DNA of 51,422 nt, counting the filler, from Sphacelaria rigidula (Eukaryota), in the NCBI GenBank assembly GCA_964200075.2. It is 3 parts of 3 records of this genome, joined end to end, with 100 filler letters (N's around TTAATTAATTAA, not from the genome) between each part and the next. Parts side by side here need not be neighbours in the genome. Positions count along the whole stretch, not along the records: positions 17,185 to 34,264 come from CAXNAA020001175.1; 2 more parts are not named here. One strand, given 5' to 3'. Both the position numbers and the translations under genes were made by a program. The stretch's first letter is position 1, and the number at the start of each line of letters is the position of its first letter. The notes below the pieces were generated by a model. That model was not told where the DNA came from and did no database searches. It saw only the letters and a program-made list of their open reading frames with translations. Positions 24,101-34,364 of this stretch are shown here, one piece after another.

Positions 24101-27100
24101 GGGGCGAGGTGATGAAACACGGAGGGAACGTTGCGGCATGATCACGGGAAGTGACCATACACCAACTCTTTATCGAGCAAAAAGTGTTTGGTACAGCATG
24201 AGCTCGTACGAAGGTATAGATACTCCATGTGAAATGTGATTCCATGATTATAGATACTCTTGTTGTACGCGCACGCCCAACCTTTTACGAAGCAAGGGTG
24301 GATGGTGCAGCTACAGTCTATACGGCGTGCGCTCTTCGCGATGTAGCGCTCGTGGCTGTCGCTACCCACACGTGCGGTTTAAGGTCGACCTCCTACAGGA
24401 GGAAGCGTGGATGATACAGCACCAAGCTGCGCTCCACGGTGTACGTAATGCGCGTGATGTGACTCTCGACTGACCCGTCCACATGTGCCGTAACCCGCCT
24501 CGACTTCGAAAGATTACTCGTGTAACTGAAGAACAGGCAAAACGCGTGGGACCAGGCTGCCCGCTTGGGTTAACGAGTGGGTATTCTGCTCGCGTCACGC
24601 CAGAGAGCAGCGGTCCGTTTGCGAGGAAACGGGACCCAGCCGGTCGACATCGTCCCACACGCTTTTTGGACCCTTTGGGAACCCCTCTCCTCCCCTCCCG
24701 TCCCCGGTTCAGACGCCTCATTATTTCATGCGCTGAAAAAGAAGAAAATATGGGAAAAGGAAATACCGACAACAACCATTTCTACGGCGGAAGGCCACAG
24801 AAGACCACCGACATACGCCATGCTCGCACCAAAAATATCGCCCCGGTGCGGTCGGTTTAGTTTTATCGAATGACGTGACGCAACGGGTCAGGTATTTCAA
24901 CTTTGTACACACAGCAAAAACCGGCACTGCGGTCTCTGAAATTCATTGAGAAAAATCAGCACCACCTGTGAATTCTCTATATATTTAGTCCCGTGTGGCA
25001 CTGCGGCGCACATTTATAGAGGTGACGCACCCCACCGGAGTATTGTTGTGCTGCAGTCCGGAGGTCGTACCCGCCCAACACTTGGCAAGCGTGCTAAGCC
25101 ACATCACAGGAACGAAGTAGTATGGCCGAGCACACAAAAATCTCCTCGCCACACGTGGAAGGGTTGAGGTGCGGTACAGCATTCACGCGATTCACCGCCA
25201 GTTGGAAGCGGGCGCGGGTCCGAAGAACACGCCTTGGTCGAAACACAGTAGTGGGCGGTCTAACTATTTAGGGGTGTTTGGGGGTTAGATTTTGGTACAA
25301 CAAAATAGATCATCTTCGTAACACAGTGCCCAAGTCAGTCTTAGTTGGTGTCATCGGGCACAACGAGTAAATACCGCGTTCATCAGGAGGGTGTTTTCGA
25401 CAGAGAAACACGGTTTTTCGGCCCTAGTGCACTGAGTAGGCAGAATTTCAAAAAAATAAAACTGTACATTTTTTCATAGATATGGTCGGGACGGGCTTGA
25501 TCGACCGAAAATACCGAAGAGTAAGAATCTAGGTTGAAACGTGGTAGGACCCCCGATGACCGGTCAGCCTGTAAGTCACTCAATATTGAGTACAGGTTAC
25601 TTTTTCTACTTGGAATGTGGAGCGGATACAATATCTTGTGATCCCCGATGTGATAAGGGGTGCCAAGCGAAAAAGAGCCCAAGAAAACCGCCAATTACGA
25701 AAAAATCACGAAATGCCACAAAATGAATAGTTAGACCGCCCACTACTGTAGTGGTCCTTGGAAGCTGCAAATAATCAAACACATGTTGTTGAAGAAAAAA
25801 GCACCTCGGAATCAGCACTTTTCCACTGCCAATACCAAAAGGGTTAGGGGAAAGCACGGTAGTCTTGCACACTTTCAAGGGTTGGCCAGCTACACATGAC
25901 ATCACCACGCGCACTTTTACAACAACATATGCAACGCCTTCGCTCACCCTGGGTTTGCAGTATCTCTTCAAGAGCGACACAAATATCCAAGGGATATCGC
26001 ACGCACGGCAAGTGGGGGGGGAGGGGGGGCGGGGGGAAGCAAACACGACTTTCTTATACTTTCTGCTTCATCTTCACCTCCGTTTGCCAGAGCCTCTCGT
26101 CGACGTAGACGGCGCAGGCGACGCCTGCCCGAAGCTGAAGCCTGTTCCGCGCGGAGCGGGAGGCGGCACGGTTTCGCAGCCGGCCGCGGGTTGAGAGTAG
26201 CCTCGTCCCTGCTCATAATGTTTTCGTGTGCCATTGGTGGGACGGGCGGAAGAACGCGATCATGGGTTCAGTCTTGTCGACGGCGAAGCCCAATGCGCAT
26301 GGATCAGTGTGGTGCACGCAGGTTGGGATTGACCAAAAATCACACACAAGCGAACGGGGCCAACTCAACAGATGGGATCGTGGGAGTTGAAGGGGAGCAA
26401 TAACCGGTACGCATGTAACGCGTGTAACGCGAAGCTTAGGCAGCGAGGGGATGGATACCCGGTACGCAATTGTTCCCCACGTACAGCATCATGGGGCAAG
26501 TACATGGAAATCATCGTATAAATGTGGTCACGTGTACATGCTGGACTCTGTTAACCCGACGCCGACCCATGTCCCTGGTAACAAGCGTCCTTACATAGAT
26601 ACGTCATCACTACTAATAGGAAGTGGTCATCTTTTACAGAGAGATCTCAGAAGCGCAAGGCGCTCTTCGGTGCGCCAACGAAATCCTTCTGCCTGAGGGA
26701 AAAAAATCTGGCTCGAGATGGCTCGTCTGCACTCAAAACGCAGGCGAGGTGCAAGGGAACATGTGCTGCTACATTCATCTCGGGCGACCACGACGTTTCT
26801 GGACCGCGTAAAGCAACAGAGCCGCTCCCGACCCTGAAAAAGTACAAACTAGTCAACGCAAAAATCAATACCTCGGATCCTTCCTGCTCGCGCCGGTGCT
26901 CGCGCTGATGCTGCATGAACTTTTGCGCAAAGCTATCGTTCCCGCCGTCACCTCCGCCGACCTCGCTCCGCCGTGCCTGCTCCCCAAACGCAAATCGCGG
27001 CGGATTTACCTTTTGAGCCGGGACCGCCTTTCCTCCCGATCCTACACCCATCCTTGTCGCGCACGATGTATATCCGTCTGCCTTGCCGTTCGCTTGCACC

Positions 27101-30100
27101 CCCGCCGAATCCGCGCCTGATGGAGAAGCCACCCCGAAGGTGAAACGCACACCCCCATTAGAGGCGCTGCTGTCGCCCCCGAATGGAGCTGCGGGGGCGG
27201 GCGATGCCGCCGCAGACAGAGGCGAGGGCTCAAAATCGGCGTCTACACACGACGAGAACCATGAGCCTGTCGGTGGCTTTGTAGGTGCAGTTGTCTCTCC
27301 ATCCATTTCGTCGATGGTACCTCCCGGCCCGGGATCACCGCCACCTCCAGGGTCGCCAGTGCTCGGCGATCCAGCGATATTCCAGAGAGAGCGCGGTAAT
27401 GATTGCGAAAAGTTGGTGTTGGTGCTGCCACCGCGGTTGCCCCTGTTTTGTGATGCCGACGCCGTGCCCATCGCCGCGTTGCGTCCTTCTGGGGTGAAGT
27501 ACGCTGATGCTCTTGAGGAGGCGGCAGAGGAAGGTGGAGGCGGCGACATTACGGAAAACGGGCCATTTCCACCGCCACCAACGCCACGTGCTGCCACTGA
27601 CTTCGGAGTTGACGGCGCCGCCGTTGCATCCGGTAGGATCGATTCCCCATCAGAAATCGGTCCGAGGGGCCCCGCGGACATGTCTCCTGCCTCCTGGGAT
27701 GTAGCATGGCTCGGTCCGGTTCCACCTGAGGCTGAGTCTGCCGTCGAAGTCTTCGCACTAGAAGAGCTCGCGCTTGCCGCTCTCGACTGCGGGTTGAGCG
27801 GACTTCGGCGAGAGGCAAATACGGACGAGAAGAAACCATTTTCTGATGACGTCGTGGCAACCCCTGCCGACTCTGCTGGTGCTACTCCGCTCTTGAAAGT
27901 CCCCGCCCACGGTCCCCAAAACCCATTCGCGCCCACCGCTCCCGTCGAATTTCCCATCCCTCCTTTCATTGAGTCCGCGTTCACGTGCCAGTCACGTCTT
28001 CCGGGCGGCGGCGGGGGAGTGGGCGAAGACCCCGATGTCGGGCGCCCCCGTTGTCCTCTCCGCCCTCGGGTTTTACGGGTATTCTCTCGCTGGTCGGTTG
28101 GAGGAGCGCCAGTGGCGAACATGGCCCCTTTTCTGTTCGGGGAAGCTGGCGGTCTCGGAGTTGGCGTCCACCCGGCTTTCTTGGGACCAAAGCTGAAAGC
28201 AGGCGGTAATATTCCTGGACGCGAAGAACTTTCTCCAGCTGGCGGCTTCTGCTCAGGGGATGTCGGCTGGACGGGTCGCACCCCACCGGAGAATTCAAAC
28301 CGCACTGGCGTCGCCGTTGACAACGGCGGCGGGCTACCGAACGGCGATTGGGTGGGAGCCGCAGGTGCGGCACCGTTAGCGACAGACTTAGAAGGAGTCG
28401 GGCCAAAGACAAAAGAAGACGCCGCGCCGGGTGAAGCAGCCGCGACGGGCGGGGTTGGTCGTGCCGTCGCTGCCGGCAGCGGTGCCGACTGGGTTGTGGG
28501 TGTTGGCACCTCTTGTTGCCTGGTCTGGAAAACGAACCCGGGGTCCGACGGAGGCTCAGATACATCCATCATGTCCGCTGGTGATTGACGGCCTGTCCCC
28601 ACAGGCCGGGTTGTGTCGCTCCCGAAGGCCGGGCCTCGTGTTAGCCTTGACGAGGCATCGCCGCTGCTGACTCCACGGTGAGCGCTCTTCGACATTTTAT
28701 CACCCGTAGTCCCTGATCGTGCTTGCCTACGCGACGCCGGCTGTTTCTTCCCAACCCCAACCCCAACCCCAACCCCAACCCCAAAACTGAACTGACCGGG
28801 TCGCTGAGTCCCTGCCGGGCTCAGCAGCGGGCTCCCTCCAGGCCGCGGAACAACACCTGCGGCTCTGGGCGCTTGAGTCGCGGGTGCTTGTGACTTAAAC
28901 GGAACATACGCGTTTGCGAGGTCTACCCGAATACGTGCTTCGTCCTCCTCCGAGCGTCTCCGCTCGGCGGCTGAATCCTCGCTTGCTAAGCCGCTTAATA
29001 CAGTATTACCGCTACCTTCGCTCCTTTCACCAGGAGAAGCTGTGTCCTCTCCTCTCCGCCGCTGCGGGATCGAACGCATGCCCCGGCGGCCGACGGAGAA
29101 TTCGGAACTTTCGCTATTGCTACTGCTACCATCAGTACTATGTCCCGCGGTTTGAGCTGTTACGGTCGCCCTCAATGATGCTGCCGCCGCCACTACCGCT
29201 TCTGCCGACTCTCTGCGCTTAGAGGCTGTCGATGGCACCGCTGCCTTCGCCTTTGAAGCTTCCGCCTTATGACCGCCATCTAGATGGAGGCCCCGCAAGC
29301 GATTGAGCTCTTCCTGGCCACCGGACAGTCCAAACCGCAGATAGTTGCTCTCTTCAGAGTCCGTTGGCTCTGGGCTAGCCGACGCTGCCGCCATCGCCGC
29401 CTCCAACCCCTCCTTCACCTGAACTCTGGGCACTGACCCAAGACCCGAAAACATGTCAACTTTCGCTGAATGCGATGAGGTCAAGTTTGGCGTCGGTGAG
29501 GATGATCCTTCGCTCGAGGACGAGCTACTCCCTGCTTCTTGAGCACGCCGCCAACGGCTTATACACGGTATCGAAGGGGATGGAGGCCGGCTCCCACGGC
29601 TTCGTGTTTCAGATTTCGCGGAGGGAGCACCGTTGGCCGCCGGCTTCGTACTACCGTCCGCCTCGGGACGGAAAAACCACTCGAGGTACCTGACCATGAG
29701 ACAAGCGAAACAATCGATCTGGGATTTTGATATCGGAAATAGCAAATGAAGGCAGCGCGATAGATAGAGAAACCCGCTCTTTCGGGAGTAACACCAAACA
29801 GCCAACAGATGAAATCACACCAAGACAACGGACCCAACTCACCATACGGTGAACTCGACACATGAGAACGAATATGAGCTGAGGAGCCCCGCAGCGCGCG
29901 CCGACTCAGTGGCATCACCACGCCGTCGCGCCTCCGGAATGCACAGCAGTTCCAACAGATCTTCGAACGCCGGGGTGGAGACCCTCCCCGAGTTTTGATC
30001 CATCTTGCTAAAAGCCGTCACGGCCGCTTGGTACTCGCGGTTATATGCAGCCTTCCTCAGCCGCTCCCGGTGCATCCCAGCAAAAACGGCGTCCATCCCG

Positions 30101-33056
30101 ACAGTTCCTTCCGAGTTCCTCGCCGCAGCTGCGCCACATTTTCTAGCAGAAGCAGCAGCAGGACCAGCAGCAGCACCAAGAGCACCGGTTGCAGGCTCCG
30201 GAGCAGAATACTTCCTCGCCGTATTGCGTGCCGCATTACTGGTTCCTGGTGTGGTGCCAGTACCGTTGCTGTTTGTAGTTTCAGCTCCTTCAGCCGCCGC
30301 GGTCGCCTCCCCGCCGTCTCGGGCGCCAGGCATGTCGCGCCCAGGAGAATAAGAGCATGCCGACGAGGACGAGCAAGACGAGGAAGATCTAACATGTTTC
30401 GATGGCAACGGAGTCGCCGACGCGAAACGCATTCCACCATTGCCGTTAGTCTGGCCTGTGCTCGGAGACAGCGGCGCGTTGAAATGCATCGCGCCTAGAA
30501 GCACGCCGGCCGCGTCCACATCGTCAAGCCCAAACTGCAAGTGTATACGACGATACGATTGGTGAGGGGGAGGGGGAGAATCGAAGATTTCCATGCCTTC
30601 GACGACACATGTCTGCGTGCATAGCTGGATTGAACAAGGATTAGTTTCTTCAAGACGGGATATATATATATATATGTTGAATAAACTCAACACATCAGAT
30701 TGAGGGGGGAAGGGGGTCGTTTCACTACTCTAGTACTCGAAACCCTAGGGTTTATCTTATCCTGTGAAGGGGAAGGTCATTTGTCAATCAAGACCATGAT
30801 AAACACCACCCGCCTCGGCAGGCTGACCACAACCAAGGCCTGCCGTAGGCCATGTCCAATCGAGACCGAAAAAAGAGGTGGGAAAAGGAACGAGCGTCGT
30901 AAAGCAGCATGTTGATTAGTCGCCGCAACCATGGACCCGGTGAACACCAACATGCTGCTTTTGGATGTTGTTCCTTTTCCGCTTCTTTCTTGGTCCCGAT
31001 GAGACACGGCCTTACAGCGGGGGGATCCTCAACACACGGAATGCCCTTCTGACTACCTGATGAGGTGCACGATACTAGCCACATACTGATGTGGCAATGT
31101 AGAGGCAAGCAGCCCTAACATGATATTTCGAAGGTGCTCATCAGAGTACAGTTGCGGTCAGCTCACCATGCATCCCATGAAGGACGGCGTAGCTACTCGT
31201 ACGCGAGAGCGCGGTGACATCCTCCTACATGCGCAGGTTTGAAAACAGGCCAACTCCCTTGGCGAACCAAAAGACAACCAACCGAAGTAAACGCGCAAAA
31301 AGTGTCCTTGCCGTTCTGGGTATTGGGCGCTATACTTCATGTATCGAGGCCTGCTCGCTTCAATCACGAACCGCCCCTGGTGGGATTCCGTGTGCACGAG
31401 TCTGTCGTAGAATCTCTTTTTATCATCAGTGCATGGGACGGTGGGTTTGGGTTGTGTCTGAGGTTGAGCAGACCCAACGTCCAACTCGTGAACTTGGCCG
31501 AAAACGTTATGGACTACTTTGAAGTATATAATAACTGCATTGTTGTAGAACTCTTGGCGGATGTCTTATGCCAGCTGCAGTACTCGCGGCTGAAGCTCAT
31601 GACGATGCAACAGAGTGCGGTATCCGTTCACCTCAGGGCATAATATGACGTCGTTAAATGATGGACATGCCAAGCTGCACGCACTCGTCAGGATGGCCTA
31701 AAGGCCAACCGCAGCTGCCTGTACTGGACACTTCCGGCAGTGTCAAGTACGACAACACATGCCTGCACCGTGAGGTAACTGCTATATAGCTTTGTTGCAC
31801 TGCAGTGTTTGATCAGTACGAGCAACTCTGTACCGTACCGTACTGCAATATCTGTCGGTATTGTCCCACGATGTCAGTACTTTCGTGGTGAAGTCAACTG
31901 ACAGCAGGACTGTACATCTACAACACAGCAGGCAGTATAGTTCGTACAAGTAGTAGAGTACAGTACTGTAACAGTGTACAACAACAGTCCAGTCCAGTCC
32001 AGTCCAGCACAGGACAGCATACGAGAATACGATACAGTCGGTAAGTACACTACAAAGGGTCGGGCGAGGACGAATTTCGATCGCGACGCCCAGACCTACA
32101 GTTAAAACATTTCAACCCCTGGTCTTCGAAACCTAGACCTATCCACACACAATACATGCTATTACGTCGATAGGATGCTACCGTGAACCTAGCGCGCAGA
32201 TACCATGGCAAATAGATACTGGCAACAGTGACAGGTAGACATAATCTCCTGGATACTGGCGAACAAAAGCACGTGCAGCCATCATACTGCCGGCGCGGCG
32301 CAATGGTCCAAGTTATGGTGGCACGTGGGCACACCGCAGCTGCTGACCACAATCAATGTTGCTCGTGTCTAGAAACGGCGAACCTACATTCTGCACTGAC
32401 ATGACGACAGCCAAAGTTAAGCTGTAGGAGATGCCTGACCCCATGACTGCATCCAGGTGCTGGTCCTGTATTGCAACTGCAGTTGTTGAGACGTCACCCC
32501 ATTGACTGTGCCAAAGGGGTACTGTACCCCAGCTCTCGAATGTGCTGGCCGGTCTCGTTCCTTGTTACCGTCTAAGTCCTTTGGTACTGGGTAAAGTGAG
32601 GAGTTGCTAGTGCAATCACGCTAAGGATCTCATCGAAAGAAGTGAACACGTCACTGAACACTCAAGATCAGGACAAACAGGCGATACCCACAAGCTCCAG
32701 ACATCCCATATTTCTGTGTACCACGAAAAAATCCGGTAACAACATGCACCCCACTGCTGTCCCTCGGAGTTAATGTCCAAGTGCAGTGCCATATATCTCA
32801 CTTAGGAGCACCTAACATTTACTGGCTGCACTGACTGTACTGTATGTACTGTACTGCCCTTTATGTAGTGTCGTCTGCATTGTTGTGCTGATGGCGTGTT
32901 ACTCCTTTCGATGCGTCGAGCTTCGATGAAGATAACGAGTCATGGCCAACACACCTTGATCTCCCCAAGCTTCCACTCCAACTCGGATAGCTTCTCCAGG
33001 GTCACCTCGTCCCTGTTCAGACCAAGCTCCCTCAATGCCTTCTGTACATCCTCCAT
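17393..33056 (-). CDS. Multi-exon gene (3' end missing at assembly spacer): large TPR-repeat protein, DNAJC7/Tpr2-like co-chaperone type, with N-terminal degenerate EF-hand pair and FxFG-rich disordered region. Exons: 33056-32955, 31224-31167, 31056-31016, 30534-29843, 29689-26872, 26208-26078, 24043-23510, 23234-23118, 22318-22072, 21032-20949, 19266-19157, 17474-17393
   Basis: All 12 exons have AG/GT boundaries and intron phases match throughout (5016 nt, 1672 codons, no internal stop). TPR consensus segments: KESARRTYMDKCFEAASVEYTTAI, LYWSRAAAHIMSGRYRSAVIDCSMALNAEPEWAQAYPRMGKALLMAGDLHGADEAF, KELDRAIDCCDRALLLSPNN. No J-domain is visible in the window. Confidence 0.8.
17524..18324. repeat. 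Intronic dispersed repeat, copy A, ending in a foldback hairpin (18062-18324)
   Basis: Colinear with about 19530-20423 (cgcatccctac..aagccgggacggag..caatcacc..cacttccagagacagcca..tacgccctgaaagag). Confidence 0.8.
19157..19266 (-). CDS. TPR gene exon
   Basis: atccag acceptor, gtcagt donor; HPRLDDDVRRSRECRLGMANVNVVKVHLDNAEFALR. Confidence 0.75.
19410..20423. repeat. Intronic dispersed repeat, copy B, ending in a foldback hairpin (20091-20423)
   Basis: Colinear with copy A; the head at 19410-19487 recurs at 51335-51416; a hairpin arm is also related to 9370-9465. Confidence 0.8.
20949..21032 (-). CDS. TPR gene exon (TPR3)
   Basis: catcag acceptor, gtacgt donor; AYPRMGKALLMAGDLHGADEAFKKGTMD. 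Confidence 0.85.
21098..21142. repeat. (GT)n microsatellite, intronic
   Basis: Uninterrupted GT run of about 22 units. Confidence 0.95.
22072..22318 (-). CDS. TPR gene exon (TPR1-TPR2)
   Basis: aacag acceptor, gtaatg donor; FEAASVEYTTAI...LYWSRAAAHIMSGRYRSAVIDCSMALNAEPEWAQ. Confidence 0.85.
23118..23234 (-). CDS. TPR gene exon (coiled coil and start of TPR1)
   Basis: ggcag acceptor, gtgcgg donor; QKAAREQQQRLEAAAKLDRLRKRHEADKESARRTYMDK. Confidence 0.75.
23510..24043 (-). CDS. TPR gene exon (Gln/Pro/Ala-rich linker, start of coiled coil)
   Basis: ctcag acceptor, gtgagg donor, phase 2 to 2. Confidence 0.75.
25383..25700. repeat. Dispersed non-autonomous repeat, copy 1 (partner 38703-39000)
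   Basis: tcaggagggtg..gatcgaccgaaa.taccgaagagt..cccgatgaccggt..gtaagtcactcaatattga..atgtggagcggatac shared. Confidence 0.8.
26078..26208 (-). CDS. TPR gene exon (GRGYSQPAAG...GFSFGQ...GKR)
   Basis: gagcag acceptor, gtgaag donor, phase 0 to 2. Confidence 0.7.
26872..29689 (-). CDS. TPR gene giant exon (2818 nt): Ser/Ala/Pro/Gly-rich with FxFG motifs
   Basis: Lies within the 1052-aa ORF; gtcag acceptor joins TG|G to give WYLEWFF; GAG|gtattg donor. Confidence 0.85.
29843..30534 (-). CDS. TPR gene exon with degenerate EF-hand pair
   Basis: ttgcag acceptor, gtgagt donor; AFSKMDQNSGRVSTPAFEDLLELL ... FSCVEFTVW. Confidence 0.8.
31016..31056 (-). CDS. TPR gene exon (GSQKGIPCVEDPPA)
   Basis: catcag acceptor, gtaagg donor, phase 1 to 0; restores the frame into the next exon. 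Confidence 0.55.
31167..31224 (-). CDS. TPR gene exon (EDVTALSRTSSYAVLHGMH)
   Basis: tgtag acceptor, gtgagc donor, phase 0 to 1. Confidence 0.55.
32955..33056 (-). CDS. Putative first coding exon of TPR gene (MEDVQKALRELGLNRDEVTLEKLSELEWKLGEIK)
   Basis: Preceded by a tag acceptor at 33069-33071, ends AAG|gtgtgt, phase 0 matches the next exon; a further upstream exon is possible. Confidence 0.6.
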
Positions 33057-34204
33057 CAAGGCGCCTCCCTACGAGTAGGACCGGTTATAAGAATTTCGGT
33101 TTTCCTGATGACAGCGCAAGGTACAGGGTAGTTGACCCGACCCGCCTTTCTGGAAGAAAAGCAGCACTAACTACACCGATTTCACCGAGATTAATCTTCT
33201 GAAGCCACGAAGATGAGGGCGGGAGCCATTATCGGGTTCAAGAGCACATTGTGGTTATGCTCGCGGACCTATCTATGGCTCTGCCTCTCAAATTTGATTT
33301 TGATCGCGTGACAAACGGTTTGCCGATTCTATTTTTTTATTTCTGTAATATTGGACTCATTGACTAACATAAAGTCCCGTTGGCGGTACAAGCACGTCTG
33401 AGACGTGTAGAGGCTGCTCTCATGCACTACGTGAGGCAAAAAAGTCCTCCAGCACAAAAAAGACGAAAAAAATCAAGATCAGCTTCCCTGAAACCGCATA
33501 CCTGGTCTAAAGTGTGCCGTGCACTTTGATCTGACACCGAGGCACTTTCACCAACTCGAACAATCCCATCACACACCAAATAAATAAAGGATGGTGGCGA
33601 TACCCGTTGGTGACAGTTTGGTATGGATATCAAGATGCACGAATTCTCGTCTCGTTGCCCAAAAAACTATGGGAGTGTAGCCGAAATCAAGACGAGAACA
33701 ACGATACTTGGTTTTGTTCCTACAATATCGCATTTCGAAAGATACGGCCGAAATAAATATTGTGAAAAATATTCGGCAAAAGAATGTCTGGGATACGACG
33801 TGCGCCAGCCTAGAAACGGATTTGGGCGCTCGAAGCAGTATCTTAGACCCAGACGAGCTGGGCAATGATCCGCATATCGTATTATTCGTTCAATCAAGGA
33901 GAAGGAGCACATCTGCTCAAAAGTCCGGGCCGATATTTTCTCGTTGAATAAACCCCATGTCTAGTGATTTCTATACCGTACGGAGATAGCGTCTAATATA
34001 CTAAAATCTGGATGTAACCCCGAACGATAGGTTCAGCGGATGACGCAGATTTCATACGGGTTGACTCCCAATGTATGTTCGAGTGCGGATCATGTACCAA
34101 TCAGTCATTCGTAATGAATAACAAATGGTGAAGTTGTATATTCAAGGTCATGCCGCACGAATCATGGACTTGAAATGTGTACACTTCAGGTTGTTCAACA
34201 CGAA

Positions 34205-34264
34205 TTAACAGCCGATTTTATATTTTGGGGTTCATACAAAATATGGGGCTGAAGTGGCATATCT
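34205..34264. repeat. 60-bp repeat terminus abutting assembly spacer 2
   Basis: 59/60 identical to 17011-17070. Confidence 0.85.
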
Positions 34265-34364
34265 NNNNNNNNNNNNNNNNNNNNNNNNNNNNNNNNNNNN
34301 NNNNNNNNTTAATTAATTAANNNNNNNNNNNNNNNNNNNNNNNNNNNNNNNNNNNNNNNNNNNN
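34265..34364. other. Artificial contig spacer (N-TTAATTAATTAA-N)
   Basis: N runs around TTAATTAATTAA at 34309-34320. Confidence 0.95.

Noticed and set aside
27083-28588. 501-aa plus-strand ORF
   Set aside because: Antisense shadow of the GC-rich giant exon; no domain signal, and the minus frame splices coherently
26647-29805. 1052-aa ORF read as a standalone intronless gene
   Set aside because: Both ends are intron read-through; splice sites delimit an internal exon at 29689-26872
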